From assembly GCA_040754455.1 (NCBI GenBank), contig JBFMCP010000048.1:1-16465 (forward strand): a stretch of 16,465 nt of DNA, read 5' to 3'. Under the pieces are notes generated by a model. That model was not told the origin of the DNA. It saw only the letters and a list, made by a program, of their open reading frames with translations, and ran no database searches. Of the stretch, positions 1 to 7,340 are shown in pieces; position 1 is the stretch's first letter; every line of letters begins with the position of its first letter. The stretch is from Nitrospirota bacterium (GTDB lineage Bacteria; Nitrospirota; Thermodesulfovibrionia; Thermodesulfovibrionales; Dissulfurispiraceae). Position numbers and translations under genes: made by a program.

Positions 1-108
1 TCCTGCTCCAATGACCATGTCCCTGGTCCCCAGGTCATAAGCATACCCGAAGGATGCCGCCATGAACAGAATTATCACAAGGACAGAACTTAACAGATAC
101 TTCTTCAT
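1..108 (-). CDS. 5' end of an exported protein with a Sec signal peptide (runs off the window)
   Basis: Manual translation gives MKKYLLSSVLVIILFMAASFGYA-YDLGTRDMVIGAG... SD AGAGGAG lies just upstream and a sigma-54 promoter is at 165-180. Not in the ORF track because it is truncated. Confidence 0.8.
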   Translation of the reverse strand, partial: MKKYLLSSVLVIILFMAASFGYAYDLGTRDMVIGAG

Positions 109-164
109 ACATTCTCCTCTCTCTACTTTTGATGCTATGGTGCTTGAAAAAGCGATGGCTACAA

Positions 165-180
165 AGCAAGGGACGTGCCA
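165..180 (-). promoter_or_regulatory. sigma-54 (-24/-12) promoter
   Basis: Minus strand reads TGGCACGTCCCTTGCT, matching the TGGCACG-N4-TTGCW consensus, about 57 nt upstream of the ATG at 108. Confidence 0.85.
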
Positions 181-197
181 GGAGATGCGGATGGGTC

Positions 198-210
198 TAA
201 GTGCCTGATA
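198..210 (-). promoter_or_regulatory. Putative IHF binding site
   Basis: Minus strand TATCAGGCACTTA fits WATCARNNNNTTR and lies between the sigma-54 promoter and candidate enhancer palindromes. Confidence 0.55.
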
Positions 211-361
211 TTGTTTTTCGTTGTTCGGTAACGCCGTACTGATTTCGGGACCTTTGTACGTATTTTCATACACTCTCTTCTGCGGAAGAGAGCACACCGT
301 AAAGGAAAGTCTCGGAAATACACCGTTTCCGGTGTGTATGGTATTTCACACAACGGGGCGG

Positions 362-1504
362 TTATCGCCCGGCCGCCTCGTAAGCGCTGATCTTCCTGAA
401 CTGCGCAAGGGCATTTACTACAATGAGGCAACCGTTATAGAGATCGCTGATATGGATGAACTCCTCAGTGGAGTGCACCTTCTGCATGCCGTTTGACAGG
501 TTAATGGCTTTGATACCGCGGTGATTGAATACGTTGGCATCAGAACCGCCGCCAGTGGTGACGTGCGCGGGAGTGATGCCGCACGTCGTATAGACTCCAT
601 CAAGGAAGCACAGGAAGGGGTCATCGCTTTCAATCCTGAACGCTTTGTATTCCTCCTGTTCGGTGATATGGATGAGTGCCTTGTTCCTCACGGTGATCCG
701 GTGGGCGGCTGCATAGATCGCCCCTTTGGTCGCTTCGATAACAGCGGGGCTGTGTCCGCGGAGCTCGCCGTGGATCACCACTTCCTTGGGGACCACATTG
801 GTTGCCGTTCCACCGATAATGGTTCCGACATTGGCGGTCGTCTCTGCATCGATCCTGCCGTCGGGAATCTCTGAAATGATCTGAGCGGCAACCCGTATGG
901 CGCTGATGCCTTTCTCTGGCTCGATGCCGGCATGGGCGGATTTTCCGGTAATATGCATTTCATACGTAATATGGGTAGGAGCAGCGATGACGAGATTTCC
1001 GACACCCCCGCTCGAATCGAGGACGAGAGCATGTCTGCTCCTGATCGTGGTGAAGTCGAGGTGCCGCGCACCGAGCAGGCCTTTTTCTTCTACGGAGGTG
1101 AATATTATCTCAATGTCGCCGTGCGGGATATCGCTTTCTCCAAGCACTGTTGTCGCCTCGATGATCTGAGCAAGGGCGCTCTTGTCATCAGCTCCCAGAA
1201 TGGTCGGTCCTGTGGTCCTGATGGAATCGTCATCGATGGTGAATTCCAATCCAGTGGTCGGTTCGATCGTATCCATATGGGCGCTCAAAAGGAGCGGAGG
1301 GATTCCTGAACTGTTTCCTTTTTTGCGGGCTATGAGATTGAAGGAGCGTCCATACTCCTGCAGCTCGACGGTGCAGCCCGCCTTTTTCAGCATCACCGCA
1401 AGCATGTCGCCCAGCTCCCGTTCTCCGAACGACGGTGAATTGATCTTGATCAGTTTGATAAAGGTATCGATAAGTCGTTTTTTGTTGATACGCTGTGCCA
1501 GCAT
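362..1504 (-). CDS. M20/M25/M40 family metallopeptidase (peptidase T-like, YqjE-type)
   Basis: Motifs SAHMDT, LGADDK, EEKGLLGA, GKSAHAG, GGGSDAN and H(STEE). Start placed at ATG 1504 (MLAQ) after AAAGGAG rather than 1594. Confidence 0.9.
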   Translation of the reverse strand: MLAQRINKKRLIDTFIKLIKINSPSFGERELGDMLAVMLKKAGCTVELQEYGRSFNLIARKKGNSSGIPPLLLSAHMDTIEPTTGLEFTIDDDSIRTTGPTILGADDKSALAQIIEATTVLGESDIPHGDIEIIFTSVEEKGLLGARHLDFTTIRSRHALVLDSSGGVGNLVIAAPTHITYEMHITGKSAHAGIEPEKGISAIRVAAQIISEIPDGRIDAETTANVGTIIGGTATNVVPKEVVIHGELRGHSPAVIEATKGAIYAAAHRITVRNKALIHITEQEEYKAFRIESDDPFLCFLDGVYTTCGITPAHVTTGGGSDANVFNHRGIKAINLSNGMQKVHSTEEFIHISDLYNGCLIVVNALAQFRKISAYEAAGR

Positions 1505-1603
1505 CGGGGCTCCTTTCATGTCGTTGATTTCATGCTCTCTACGATAATAGTTTTTTTTACAGAAACTTTCAATGGAGCAAAGGTTTGCCTGCACAGGGCT
1601 TTA

Positions 1604-1632
1604 TTGACAACGGGAACATTCCGTGCTACTTT
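1604..1632 (+). promoter_or_regulatory. Putative sigma-70 promoter for the lipoprotein gene
   Basis: TTGACA, 17-nt spacer, TACTTT, with TG extended -10. Confidence 0.5.
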
Positions 1633-1715
1633 GTTCTTATACCACTCTGGATGCAACCTTTTATCCTCATGTATTAACCCTTTCGCACAAGGCTCACTTC
1701 AAAAGGAGGCGGCAC

Positions 1716-1958
1716 ATGAGAAAGCTCATTCTAGTGGTCCTTATGCTCGGACTCGTCGCAACATCTGCGTGCAGCACACGGGGAGGGAGCGCTGCGGCCG
1801 GCGCTTTAGGCGGCGCAGCAGTAGGGGCGGGCGCTTATGAGTACAATGTACATCGTCAGTTGCAGCAATTGGAAGAGGACCGCAAGGCAGGGAGGATCGA
1901 CCAGCGGGAGTATGAGATCCGCAAGGATCAGATTCAGAAAGGCTCTATCTTAAAATAG
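1716..1958 (+). CDS. Small lipoprotein with glycine zipper and SHOCT-like C-terminus (80 aa)
   Basis: SD AAGGAGG precedes ATG 1716. MRKLILVVLMLGLVATSA-C gives a lipobox-like site, followed by GALGGAAVGAGA and a C-terminal AGRIDQREYEIRKDQI. Confidence 0.8.
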   Translation: MRKLILVVLMLGLVATSACSTRGGSAAAGALGGAAVGAGAYEYNVHRQLQQLEEDRKAGRIDQREYEIRKDQIQKGSILK

Positions 1959-1976
1959 CTTCGATGGTTCCGGCGC

Positions 1977-3149
1977 TCATCGTTGCGCCAGATAGCCGGA
2001 GATCAACGCAATGACGCGCTCAAGCTGATCAAAGGGAGTGTAAAAGTGCGGCGAGAGGCGGATGCCTCCGCCGCGAAGAGCGCAGACGACTCCCCGGGTG
2101 GTTAAATGATGGTAGAGGGCAGCGGGATCGTCATTGTCGACGGTGAATGTCACGATACCCGCAAAGCGGCCGCGCTGCGTCGGCGTTACGAGCTGCAGGC
2201 GCGGCAGTGAGGCGAGGCGCTCAAAAAGCGAGGCGCTCCGCTCTGTTACCCGTCGCTCGACTTCCTGTATGCCCACCTCGAGCAGCAGGGAGAGACTTGC
2301 AGCGAGGGCATGGATACCGAGCATGTTGGGGCTTCCGCATTCGAAACGGCGGGCGCTTCCGGCACTACGCCAGTCCCTGCGGTCAAAGTCGCCGATCTCT
2401 TCAACCATGTGCCAGCCGTACTGATTGAGCCGCAGGCGGTCACGGGCATCGGCGCAGCAATAAAACAGTGCTAACCCTTCGGGCCCAAGCATCCATTTAT
2501 GACCGTCGGCCATGACAAAATCCGCCTGTATCTCCTGCACGTCGAAGGCAACGGCACCGATGCTCTGTATTGCGTCAACGCAGAAGAGAATACCCCGTTT
2601 CCTGCAAAATTCGCCGATACGCCGTAGATCCATTCTCAGACCGGTTGAGAATTGCACGGAGCTGATGGTGATCAGCCGCGTGCGGTTGTCGACAGCCTCA
2701 AAGATGGCTGCTTCGGGTGAGGGCCCGCGGTTCAGGTCCGCCTCGCGGAACTCAACTCCCTGCGAAGCGAGCGACTGCCAGACAATACGATTCGAGGGAA
2801 ACTCCTGGTTACTGCTCACAATATTGTCGCCGCTCTTCCATTCCAGCCCATAGGCCACCACTGAGAGCGCCTCGGAAGTGTTTTTGAGAAGGGCGATATC
2901 GTCTTTTGATGGGCTGTTCAGCAGACACTGCGCCTGTGTGCGCAGCTTCGTCTCGACCGCAACCCATTTCGGATAGTGGAATGAACCTTCCCGCATGTTT
3001 TCCTCGGCAAAATGCTGCACTGCCTTGGCGGTACGCACCGGCCATGGAGCTACCCCCGCGTGATTGAGGTATATCAGACCTTCGCGCAGGTTGAACTCCT
3101 CTGTCATAAGGGCTTCCGTTGAGGACAACGATTTTTTCCCTTCGTTCAT
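1977..3149 (-). CDS. Aminotransferase class V PLP-dependent enzyme (cysteine desulfurase/CefD/EgtE-like fold)
   Basis: YLNHAG, EFPSN, VDAIQSIG, DGHKWMLGP (PLP lysine), RFECGS and IRLSPHFY. Alternative start at 3107. Confidence 0.88.
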   Translation of the reverse strand: MNEGKKSLSSTEALMTEEFNLREGLIYLNHAGVAPWPVRTAKAVQHFAEENMREGSFHYPKWVAVETKLRTQAQCLLNSPSKDDIALLKNTSEALSVVAYGLEWKSGDNIVSSNQEFPSNRIVWQSLASQGVEFREADLNRGPSPEAAIFEAVDNRTRLITISSVQFSTGLRMDLRRIGEFCRKRGILFCVDAIQSIGAVAFDVQEIQADFVMADGHKWMLGPEGLALFYCCADARDRLRLNQYGWHMVEEIGDFDRRDWRSAGSARRFECGSPNMLGIHALAASLSLLLEVGIQEVERRVTERSASLFERLASLPRLQLVTPTQRGRFAGIVTFTVDNDDPAALYHHLTTRGVVCALRGGGIRLSPHFYTPFDQLERVIALISGYLAQR

Positions 3150-3318
3150 GTACTAATTATAACAGGAGTATAAAGGATGGAGTGCTCCAGCTTCTTTTCT
3201 TCCGACGACTTCTTGCATGCCTGTTGATAATGTGCTATGTAATAGGTAAGGGAATGCAGGGGTATACCGCACACAAGCTTACCAATCAACAACGTTATGT
3301 CACTCAAGGAGGAATTCA

Positions 3319-3909
3319 ATGAAGAGAACGTATCTGCTTGTCGTATTGATTGTTATCGGGCTTGTCACATCGGCTTTTGCAGCCGGAACAGCATCAATGA
3401 GCGATCAATCCGCTCCTCAGAGAGGCACAGACAGCTCACTGAGTGATCAATCCTCTGCCCAACGGGGGACAAGCAGCATGCCGTCTACCGGAATGAAGTC
3501 TGCCGCGAAGAGTGATTTCTCTGCCCAGCTCTCCGGCACGTCAGAGGTCCCGTCGGTGACGACTGATGCATCTGGACAGGCGACTTTCAGACTTAGTGAG
3601 GACGGCAAGTCACTCAACTACACCATCACCGCATCCAACCTGGACAACCCGACTGCTGCCCATATACACATCGGGGAAGCAGGTGAAAGCGGGCCGCCTG
3701 TTGCACCTGTTGCAATCACAGGTGCGGCAGAGAGAGGCAAGCCTTCGGGCGTTATCGCCGAAGGCACTATCACCGAAAAGGACCTTATCGGGCCGATGAA
3801 GGGAAAGTCGCTTCAGGACCTGGTCAATGAGATACAGGCAGGCAATGCGTACGTCAACATTCATAGCAGCTCATATCCCGAGGGAGAGCTCAGAGGACAG
3901 CTCAAATAG
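3319..3909 (+). CDS. Exported CHRD-domain protein
   Basis: Signal peptide (…TSAFA). CHRD motifs LSGTSEVP, AAHIH and AYVNIHS-YPEGELRGQL. SD AAGGAGG. Confidence 0.9.
   Translation: MKRTYLLVVLIVIGLVTSAFAAGTASMSDQSAPQRGTDSSLSDQSSAQRGTSSMPSTGMKSAAKSDFSAQLSGTSEVPSVTTDASGQATFRLSEDGKSLNYTITASNLDNPTAAHIHIGEAGESGPPVAPVAITGAAERGKPSGVIAEGTITEKDLIGPMKGKSLQDLVNEIQAGNAYVNIHSSSYPEGELRGQLK
3394..3477 (+). repeat. Degenerate 42-bp (14-aa) tandem duplication in the CHRD linker
   Basis: SMSDQSAPQRGTDS followed by SLSDQSSAQRGTSS. Confidence 0.75.
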
Positions 3910-3937
3910 CAATGCACTGAGGTGGTCACCGCATAAA

Positions 3938-3975
3938 CGGGAGAAACCACCCCGCCGGTGATTCTCCCGGCCTTT
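3938..3975 (+). terminator. Hairpin after the CHRD gene, possible terminator
   Basis: CGGGAGAAACCACC pairs imperfectly with GGTGATTCTCCCG. The U-tract is short. Confidence 0.45.
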
Positions 3976-3979
3976 ATCC

Positions 3980-4330
3980 CTGCTGCTGAAGGATTTTCCT
4001 TTCATCGCGATCTCTTATCAATGCCCTTAGGGGTGGTACTGGCTTTCTGATATTCTGGACGAGTTCCTGGAGAATATCATGAGTGGGTACCGGGTGGATC
4101 AGGACAGGATCTATCTGACCGGCATCAGCATGGGTGGCTACGGAGTATGGAGAACGGCAATCGAGTATCCCGATCGGTTTGCGGCGATTGCCCCTGTCTG
4201 CGGCGGCGGCAACGTGCGGTTTACTGTCTATCCGGATGGAGGGCATGACTCGTCGACGGGAACCTACAACAACCCTGAGCTCTACCGGTGGTTCCTGCAG
4301 CACCGGCGGCATGCAGGAGTCGGAGCATGA
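3980..4330 (+). pseudogene. Degraded alpha/beta-hydrolase (predicted peptidase/phospholipase-carboxylesterase family)
   Basis: The frame reads KDFPFIAISYQCP*GWYW...RVDQDRIYLTGISMGGYG (G-x-S-x-G)...APVCGGG|NVRFTVYPDGGHDS. There is an in-frame TAG at 4028-4030, the N-terminus is missing, and the HGxxD segment is missing. Confidence 0.8.
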
Positions 4331-4376
4331 AAGAGCTCAGGGGCAGTGAGCAAAAAAATGTAATGGGAGGTGGACT

Positions 4377-5258
4377 ATGGCAACAGCATACCAAGAACCG
4401 ACAGGAATGGCGAAAACGGATATCGGGTTCCTCAGGCGCATATCCTGGGGCGCCATATTTGCAGGAACGATCGTTGCTCTGGTAATCGAGCTGCTCTTGA
4501 GCCTGCTCGGGCTCGGCATAGGCCTGGGTACGGTTAATCCCGCTACCGAGGAGAACCCGCTCGGCGGTGTAGGCATCGGCGCAGGAATTTGGACGGCGAT
4601 CAGCATGATTGTTGCACTCTTTGCCGGCGGCTGGGTTGCGGCGCGGCTTGCGGGGTACCCCCGCTCTCTTACCGGTATTCTCCACGGCGTCGTTGTCTGG
4701 GGAGTGGCAACGCTTTTCTCTTTTTATTTGATGACGACGGCATTGGGGATGTTGGTGAGCGGTGTGGTCGGTGTGATCGGAAAGGGTATCTCGCTTATCG
4801 GTACTGGAATAACTACGGCCATTACGACACGAGGTGCACCGGAAGGATTATCGCCTGATACGATTATGAACCAGGCGCAGCAACTCCTTACCCAGAGAGG
4901 GGCGGCGATGGATCCGGAGCTCAAAGAGGCGCTCCAGAGCATTTTGACCGGAAAAGAGGTGAGCTCTTCGGACCGCCAGAGGGTTGCTACGATGCTCGCG
5001 CAACGTACTAAAATGAGCCAGAGTGAGGCAGAGCAGGCGGTCACTATGTGGGTCCAGCAGCGCCAGCAGGCTGAGCAGGCATTGCAGCGGTTCAGCGGCA
5101 CGGCAATGCAGGTGACCGAACAGACCATGGATACGCTCTCGAAGGCGGCGATCTTGGCCTTTATCGCGTTACTGCTCGGCGGGGCCGCTGCAGCAGCGGG
5201 CGGTGCGTTGGGTACTCCCAAAGAGATTATTGCAACGACGACAAGAGAGGCGAGATAA
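4377..5258 (+). CDS. Gly/Ala-rich multi-pass membrane protein (ISWGAIFAG-type, YrzE-like)
   Basis: About 4 hydrophobic helices around a Gln-rich soluble region. SD GGAGGT. Confidence 0.8.
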   Translation: MATAYQEPTGMAKTDIGFLRRISWGAIFAGTIVALVIELLLSLLGLGIGLGTVNPATEENPLGGVGIGAGIWTAISMIVALFAGGWVAARLAGYPRSLTGILHGVVVWGVATLFSFYLMTTALGMLVSGVVGVIGKGISLIGTGITTAITTRGAPEGLSPDTIMNQAQQLLTQRGAAMDPELKEALQSILTGKEVSSSDRQRVATMLAQRTKMSQSEAEQAVTMWVQQRQQAEQALQRFSGTAMQVTEQTMDTLSKAAILAFIALLLGGAAAAAGGALGTPKEIIATTTREAR

Positions 5259-5288
5259 CAGTATCCTCGTAAAAAGGTGCTGAGATAA

Positions 5289-5333
5289 CGGGGTAATGGA
5301 GTGCTGGAAATTCTTTAGCACTCCGTTGCCCCG
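5289..5333 (+). repeat. 17-bp inverted repeat / stem-loop downstream of the membrane protein gene
   Basis: CGGGGTAATGGAGTGCT ... AGCACTCCGTTGCCCCG. Both mismatches are U-G wobbles on the + strand. Confidence 0.7.
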
Positions 5334-5379
5334 ACGCGTCTCTTCCAAAAACAATCCCACCTATTAGCAGCATATGTCG

Positions 5380-5453
5380 TAAATCCTAAACACTAAATCC
5401 TAAATTCTAAGCTCAGATTTGTTGAGAATTTAGATATTCGAATTTAGGACTTC
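5380..5453. repeat. Inverted array of heptanucleotide repeats (TAAATYC)n ... (GRATTTA)n
   Basis: TAAATCC TAAACAC TAAATCC TAAATTC TAAGCTC, then GAATTTA GATATTC GAATTTA GGACTTC. Confidence 0.75.
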
Positions 5454-5473
5454 AACTGCGAAGCAATGGTTGA

Positions 5474-5713
5474 TCAGCTCCTGATTCTCTTCGACTTATG
5501 GCATTTGTGGCATTCAAACTTCGGGGGATGTTCGGGTTTCAGTGCGGCCGCTTTGCCAGGGCCGTGGCATTCCATGCAGGCGGCGCTGTCGGTTGCGCTC
5601 ACCTGCCGGTGGAGGACATCGTCGGGTATGCGTGCATGCCGTTTGCCGGATATGGAATAGAGCAGGCCGACGATAACAAGAACAAAAATGATAAAGATGA
5701 CCGTGTTTTTCAT
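5474..5713 (-). CDS. Small membrane-anchored diheme cytochrome c
   Basis: N-terminal TM/signal helix, CMECH and CHKCH heme motifs, plus extra His residues as potential distal ligands. Confidence 0.85.
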   Translation of the reverse strand: MKNTVIFIIFVLVIVGLLYSISGKRHARIPDDVLHRQVSATDSAACMECHGPGKAAALKPEHPPKFECHKCHKSKRIRS

Positions 5714-5732
5714 GGAGTAATTGTAGCATAAA

Positions 5733-5908
5733 TCAGGAGCCAGGAGTCAGAGGCCAGAAAAAAAAGAAAACAGACAAACACTTTATCCCTTACTCGTTTG
5801 AACATATCTCAAGGTAGGCAAGGGAAAGCAGCCCCACAGCAATGTCAAAACACGTAAGTTCCGTCTTTACTTTTTATTCTGGATTCTGGCGCCCGACTTC
5901 CGGATTCC
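5733..5908. repeat. Degenerate heptamer repeats (NNNCAGR)n and their inverted copy
   Basis: AATCAGG AGCCAGG AGTCAGA GGCCAGA at about 5732-5759, and TTCTGGA TTCTGGC GCCCGAC TTCCGGA at about 5877-5904. Confidence 0.5.
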
Positions 5909-7340
5909 GCCGTTTAAATATCCCGCTCTTTGCAAAGAGCCAGAAGAGGCTTCGCAGGCTCTTGAGGGCTACGGAAACATCGTGGGGTGTTCTCAGATCG
6001 AGGATGCGCTTGAGAATAAATGAGGGACGGGAGTAGAACCGTCTGAAGGCGATCTGGCGCAGCTGCAGGATTTCCTCTCGCGTCATCGTGTGGGGAATGA
6101 ATGCGGCGCCCTGATAGGTGAAATCAGAGAGCTCATCGGACATGGTGCCGTATTTATCGAGATTATCGTAGAGATAGGTGCCGGGGAAGGGCGTGATGGC
6201 GTGAAAGTTCGCAATGTCCGGATTGAGATCAAGAGCGAACTCGATGGTCTGGAGGCCCTCTTCGAAGGTCTCTCCCGGTATGCCGAACATGAACGGCGTG
6301 CTGACCCTTAGACCGACTTCCTGCGCCGCTTTCACCGCCTTCCGTATCTGCTCCAGTGTCGTCCCTTTTCTGATCGTGTTGAGGTTCTTCTGCACGCCGC
6401 TTTCGGCACCGAAGAGGATGGCCCAGCAACCGGCCTCTTTAAATGCTTTGAGCAGCGGCTTGTCCACCTGGTTGACGCAGGCGGACGCGAACCAGGTGAA
6501 ATCGAGCCTCCTGCGTTTTATTTCTGTGGCGAGGCGCATTGCGCGGTCATAATCAGCAGCGAGTGTATCGTCGATGAACTTTATCTCGCGGTACCCCTGA
6601 GCAAGACAGTGCTCTATTTCCGCCAGGACATTCCCGACACTGCGGTATCGTATGCCGCTCGCCCTCGTTTTATCGATCTGGAAGCAGTAGATGCAGTGCC
6701 GGTTGCATCCCCGCGACGTCATCACCACTGCCACCGGCTTCCTCCGGTAGGTTGCCGGCGGAGGGATATACCGTTGTGCGTCGCCCAGTAACTCCCTGGC
6801 GGGGAAGGGAAGGGCGTCGAGATCGGTGATCAGCGGCCGCGGAGGGTTTTTGATAATCCGGTCACCTTCGCGGTACACTGTACCGAGGACTCCTTCAAAA
6901 CTTCTGCCTGCTTCAAGACACTCAACTATTTCAAGGGTAGTGAATTCTCCTTCACCAGTAACGACTGCATCTACAAGTACACCGGCGTCTTCAAGGCATC
7001 GTTCCTGCACCGCAATGGGGTAGGGGCCGCCGGCGCAGATGAATATCTGATTATTGAACAGCCTCTTGATATCCGCTGCGGTCTTTTTCGCCTTATTCCA
7101 TCCGAAGGTGGTCGAATAGAGGCCAATGAACTGGGGATTGAATTGCCGCACCTCTCTCAGGACTTCTTCATGGGTCATGAAGGCGCCGTTGATAAAGGCG
7201 ACCTGGTGGCCTGCCCTCCGGAGGACAGCGGCTACGTAGAGCGTCCCCAACGGCTGCCAGTAGTTGATCTGGGAGCTCGCGGTCTTGGATGAAAAGATAT
7301 CTTCCGGCACCCACGCCGGAATGATTAGTGCGCAGCGCAT
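5874..7340 (-). CDS. B12-binding domain radical SAM protein (BchE/HpnJ-like superfamily)
   Basis: N-terminal cobalamin-binding domain (PLGTLYVAA, GGPYP, GEGE). SRGCNRHCIYC provides CxxxCxxC, followed by FIDD, GAESG, GIPGET and TPFPGT. Overlaps the upstream gene by 16 nt. Confidence 0.92.
   Translation of the reverse strand: MRCALIIPAWVPEDIFSSKTASSQINYWQPLGTLYVAAVLRRAGHQVAFINGAFMTHEEVLREVRQFNPQFIGLYSTTFGWNKAKKTAADIKRLFNNQIFICAGGPYPIAVQERCLEDAGVLVDAVVTGEGEFTTLEIVECLEAGRSFEGVLGTVYREGDRIIKNPPRPLITDLDALPFPARELLGDAQRYIPPPATYRRKPVAVVMTSRGCNRHCIYCFQIDKTRASGIRYRSVGNVLAEIEHCLAQGYREIKFIDDTLAADYDRAMRLATEIKRRRLDFTWFASACVNQVDKPLLKAFKEAGCWAILFGAESGVQKNLNTIRKGTTLEQIRKAVKAAQEVGLRVSTPFMFGIPGETFEEGLQTIEFALDLNPDIANFHAITPFPGTYLYDNLDKYGTMSDELSDFTYQGAAFIPHTMTREEILQLRQIAFRRFYSRPSFILKRILDLRTPHDVSVALKSLRSLFWLFAKSGIFKRRNPEVGRQNPE

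Noticed and set aside
160..205. Possible c-di-GMP-I (GEMM) riboswitch suggested by GGGACG…GGGTCTAAG
   Set aside because: It lacks the GGCAAAC/GAAA P1-P2 layout and the GCAAAGC linker, and it is on the wrong strand for the nearby gene. It is better explained by the sigma-54 promoter and IHF site.
1505..1715. Longer N-termini given by the ORF track for the peptidase (1594) and the lipoprotein (1623)
   Set aside because: Strong SD sequences and signal-peptide/domain starts support 1504 and 1716.
4028..4030. In-frame TAG as pyrrolysine or readthrough
   Set aside because: The same gene also lacks its N-terminus and catalytic Asp segment, so ordinary decay is more parsimonious.
5280..5910. CRISPR array or IS ends
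   Set aside because: Repeat units are 7-8 nt with no unique spacers, and no cas or transposase gene is present.
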